From: an uncultured virus (IMG/VR IMGVR_UViG_2061766007_000205)
Taxonomy: Duplodnaviria > Heunggongvirae > Uroviricota > Caudoviricetes
DNA: 64,000 bases
Strand: one strand, 5' to 3'
IMG/VR virus record: IMGVR_UViG_2061766007_000205
In this document: positions 61,491 through 64,000 of the stretch, piece by piece
Layout of the letters: each line of letters starts with the position of its first letter
How positions within the stretch are numbered: the stretch's first letter is position 1
Made by a program: the position numbers and the translations under genes
The notes under the pieces: generated by a model
Told to the model about the DNA's origin: nothing
Seen by the model: the letters and a program-made list of their open reading frames with translations, nothing else
The model's database searches: none

Positions 61491-61896
61491 CAAGAACATA
61501 AGATTAAAGAATATCGTATTTCAGCACATAACAGAAGATAACATCATTAAGGACATAGCATCGGCATTAAGCCGAATAAGAATACGCTAAAGCAGAGAAA
61601 AAAGCACGAATATATAGCGTAATTAAGAATAGCACAGGAAATGAAAAAACACTTAATGTCGGTGCTATGCCCTTAAAGGGAGTTTATTTGAAAAAAGTAA
61701 ATCAAACGACACCAAAACATACTAAAGAACAAAACAATTTAATTTAAGGGCATAGTGCTGATATTAAAGCCCAAGACAGTACACGGCAATACATTCATAT
61801 AAAGAATAAGCCGCTTTAATGTCAGCCTTATGCCGTTAACAGGCAGAAAGTACAAAACAAAATAACGTATTAAAGATCAATTCAGTACAAAAAAAG
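61491..61896 (+). ncRNA. Array of five 5-nt-periodic (ANA-NN) tracts separated by four inverted-repeat arms; candidate guide-RNA array
   Basis: A at every fifth position over 8-16 consecutive pentamers per tract; arms 61547-61571/61652-61676 and 61744-61770/61813-61839 pair with G-U wobble. Confidence 0.8.
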
Positions 61897-61911
61897 GAAG
61901 GGGGTGAACAC

Positions 61912-62358
61912 ATGGAATACGAAATCAAGTGGGCGGTCAAAGGACTACATAAAGGCGATGCACAGAAATGTTACAACGAGTGTCAGACCTTGAATGAAGT
62001 CACACCGCAGAGCGTTCTTGAAAAAGCACGAAATAAAAAGACGGAACTTCACAAATGTTTTGAATGGGATGATTCAGTAGCATCTGAAAAGTACCGCCTT
62101 ATACAAGCAAGACAGATTATACAACATTTCGTGATAATTCACAACGAAGGTGAAGAAACCGAGCAAAAGATACGCTCATATCAGGTCACAACAGAAGCAA
62201 CGAAGTATGAAAAGACCGAACTGTTTTTACAGAAGCCGGATGAATATGCCGCACTTCTGGAACGTGCAAAGGCGGAACTTGAAGCCTTTAAGAACAGATA
62301 TAGGACTTTGACAGAACTTGAAAGCATTTTTGCAGAAATCGACTTATTGCTCACATAA
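61912..62358 (+). CDS. Conserved partner protein of the RAMP gene, function unknown
   Basis: GGGGGTG SD; LHKCFEWDDSVASEKYRLIQAR; embedded between the two arrays; second allele at 63926. Confidence 0.75.
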   Translation: MEYEIKWAVKGLHKGDAQKCYNECQTLNEVTPQSVLEKARNKKTELHKCFEWDDSVASEKYRLIQARQIIQHFVIIHNEGEETEQKIRSYQVTTEATKYEKTELFLQKPDEYAALLERAKAELEAFKNRYRTLTELESIFAEIDLLLT

Positions 62359-62364
62359 GAATAA

Positions 62365-62559
62365 GCCTTGATGGGTGGATTGTTGGCTATTTGCCAAAGT
62401 AAAGGAAACTTCAATAAACAAAACCAAAGATAATCATAGCAAAGGAAACAATAGGACATTAAAAAACACTTTACATCAGATAGTCAGCAATGCACCTATC
62501 AAGGCGAGCAGATTAAACATTAGAGAATAAGAACAAAATGCAGAACACTTTAGCAAACA
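62365..62559 (+). ncRNA. Second array: 29-bp stem enclosing 16 ANA-NN pentamers, followed by 11 more
   Basis: 62365-62393 pairs with 62477-62505 (four G-U pairs, one mismatch); 16/16 loop pentamers have A at position 3. Confidence 0.8.
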
Positions 62560-62581
62560 ATCAGCAAAGGAGAACAAAAAC

Positions 62582-63265
62582 ATGGCAAAAAAGACAGAAA
62601 CAATCGTATTGGAGCAGATAAGAAAAGGTAGTTTGATCGTAACAATCGAAGGTATGACAGACCTTCTGTTAAAGGCAATGCCCCGGTCAACAGAGTTAGA
62701 GCAGATATTTAAGCAGTCACATCCGAAGGGAACAAAGATTCCTGCAAAGTTCACACAGCCGTATTGCTTGTGGGAAAAACTGATAACTTCTATTCATTGG
62801 CAGAATCCTATCACGTTACATGACGATGATTGGTCGCTTTATACCGAAGATGAATGGAAGGACTACATGAAGAACAACAAGCCTTGCATCTTGGGTAAAG
62901 CATTTAAGGATTCATTTAAGGAAACATTTGTTTCGTGCGGATTCAAGGAAACAACGGGCAAGGCAGGAACAGACTTTAACAGGACGGTATCAATATCCGC
63001 ATTGAACCCTGTAACATTTGTTGAAGCATCTTATGAACAGACGTTGCCGGAAACAAGCGGTTTGAATAGAACAAAAGTGTTGACGGAAACTAACAGATTC
63101 AGCGGTTGGAAGTGTGATTTTAAGATCAGTTATCTTGAATCCGCTTTCCCGAAAGAAACACTTATGGAAATCATTTCTTATGCCGGAGAGTTTATCGGTA
63201 TCGGCGCAAGACGTGGCGAAGGTTATGGAAGATATTGCATAACCAACATGAAAACAGCGGAATAA
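62582..63265 (+). CDS. Stand-alone RAMP-superfamily (Cas7-like) protein
   Basis: N-terminal strand LIVTIEGMTDLLL, CILGKAFKDSF helix motif, C-terminal Gly-rich loop GIGARRGEGYGRY. Confidence 0.75.
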   Translation: MAKKTETIVLEQIRKGSLIVTIEGMTDLLLKAMPRSTELEQIFKQSHPKGTKIPAKFTQPYCLWEKLITSIHWQNPITLHDDDWSLYTEDEWKDYMKNNKPCILGKAFKDSFKETFVSCGFKETTGKAGTDFNRTVSISALNPVTFVEASYEQTLPETSGLNRTKVLTETNRFSGWKCDFKISYLESAFPKETLMEIISYAGEFIGIGARRGEGYGRYCITNMKTAE

Positions 63266-63315
63266 ATAGTTGTAGCTGACCTAACGGCATGACGGGGTAG
63301 GGAAGGATATATCAC

Positions 63316-63575
63316 ATGGCAAATGAATTAACGGTTAAGGAAAAAGGTATTGCGGAGTACCTTGCAAGTCCGGCGGTCAAAGAGAATATCATCAATGTTT
63401 TAGGCGAGAAACACGCGGATGCTTTCATATCTGATTTAGTGGCTTGCGTTCAAAACAATACGGAATTAGCGAAATGCTCAAACAAGTCTATTTTTTCAGC
63501 GGCATTGTTAAGTAGGTCGATCAACTTACCACTTACACCGCAGTTATCTTATTGCTATCTCGTTCCATTTAACAA
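63316..63575 (+). CDS. recT: RecT-family single-strand annealing protein, 5' fragment
   Basis: LAKCSNKSIFSAAL...LPLTPQLSYCYLVPF. Confidence 0.75.
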
Positions 63576-63737
63576 NNNNNNNNNNAAGGTACATCACCGA
63601 GAAGAAAGAACGTGATGCAAAGGTAGCGGAAATCCGCAAGAACAGGAGACTATCTCTCGAACTGTACCATCACAAGATAGAAAAGATGCGGCAGGAGGAT
63701 AAAAAGCACAAATACAAATGAAAGGAGGAAAGCACAC

Positions 63738-63926
63738 ATGATTTACAGAGTAATTCTGAAAGTTGGGTATCACAACGCACATTTCGATTTTGAAACGGTG
63801 GAAGATGCGGCAACATTCGCAAGGGTAGCATTGTCTCATATGGTTGATTGTGACGACACGAAAGCGAAAGCGTCTATCACGATGCTGATAATCGACCCTA
63901 CGAAGGAAAGTGAGGAGGATGACTGA
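63738..63926 (+). CDS. Hypothetical protein
   Basis: AAGGAGG SD. Confidence 0.55.
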   Translation: MIYRVILKVGYHNAHFDFETVEDAATFARVALSHMVDCDDTKAKASITMLIIDPTKESEEDD

Positions 63927-64000
63927 TGGAAAGAATCAGATGGTCGGTTGAGGGACTTCACAAAGCTGATGCTCAAAAATGCTACAACGAATGTCAGACC
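63926..64000 (+). CDS. Second allele of the RAMP partner protein (truncated by window end)
   Basis: MERIRWSVEGLHKADAQKCYNECQT versus MEYEIKWAVKGLHKGDAQKCYNECQT. Confidence 0.75.
   Translation, partial: MERIRWSVEGLHKADAQKCYNECQT

Noticed and set aside
61366..61590. 74-aa ORF overlapping the first array
   Set aside because: It overlaps the 3' end of a Cys-rich gene in another frame (stop at about 61439) and runs through the periodic tract; 5-nt periodicity is not a coding signature
61491..61896. Simple A-rich microsatellite or low-complexity DNA
   Set aside because: Positions 4-5 of the pentamers are diverse and non-repeating, the phase is held over up to 16 units, and tracts are bounded by paired stems
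61491..62559. Canonical CRISPR array
   Set aside because: No identical direct repeats with regular unique spacers; the arms alternate in orientation and the intervening tracts are internally periodic
1..64000. tRNA or rRNA genes
   Set aside because: None recognised by eye; a tRNAscan-SE run would be needed to exclude them fully

Overview
The window is most of a temperate long-tailed (siphovirus-type) phage genome, probably infecting a Clostridia/Lachnospiraceae-like host (inferred from gene families and SD usage). It is a gapped scaffold that interleaves at least 2-3 related phage genotypes: modules recur as diverged copies separated by 10-N gaps. Order on the + strand: terminase, late activator, portal, head, two copies of the neck-tail module, tail tip and fibres, two lysis cassettes, an 8-gene accessory operon, attP, integrase and repressor (minus strand), then early genes. 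The most striking element is at 61.5-63.3 kb. A stand-alone RAMP/Cas7-like gene and a partner gene are flanked by seven non-coding tracts with strict 5-nt periodicity (A-N-A-N-N) between long RNA-type inverted repeats. Read as codons with the third base skipped, the variable NN dinucleotides spell protein-like text; one tract gives YILADNRMAMDAGW, which I recognise from memory as a ParB-N/DNA-methyltransferase motif. This points to an RNA-guided system with a gapped code, resembling VIPR-type systems but with A-rich instead of GGY scaffold triplets. Also present: a complete group I intron with a GIY-YIG endonuclease inside the Cys-Cys-Cys motif of an accessory gene, a covarying structured 5' leader RNA on that gene, an RHH+HNH insertion, and programmed frameshift sites in the tail chaperone and tail tube genes. 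All family assignments come from reading motifs by eye; no database search was run.
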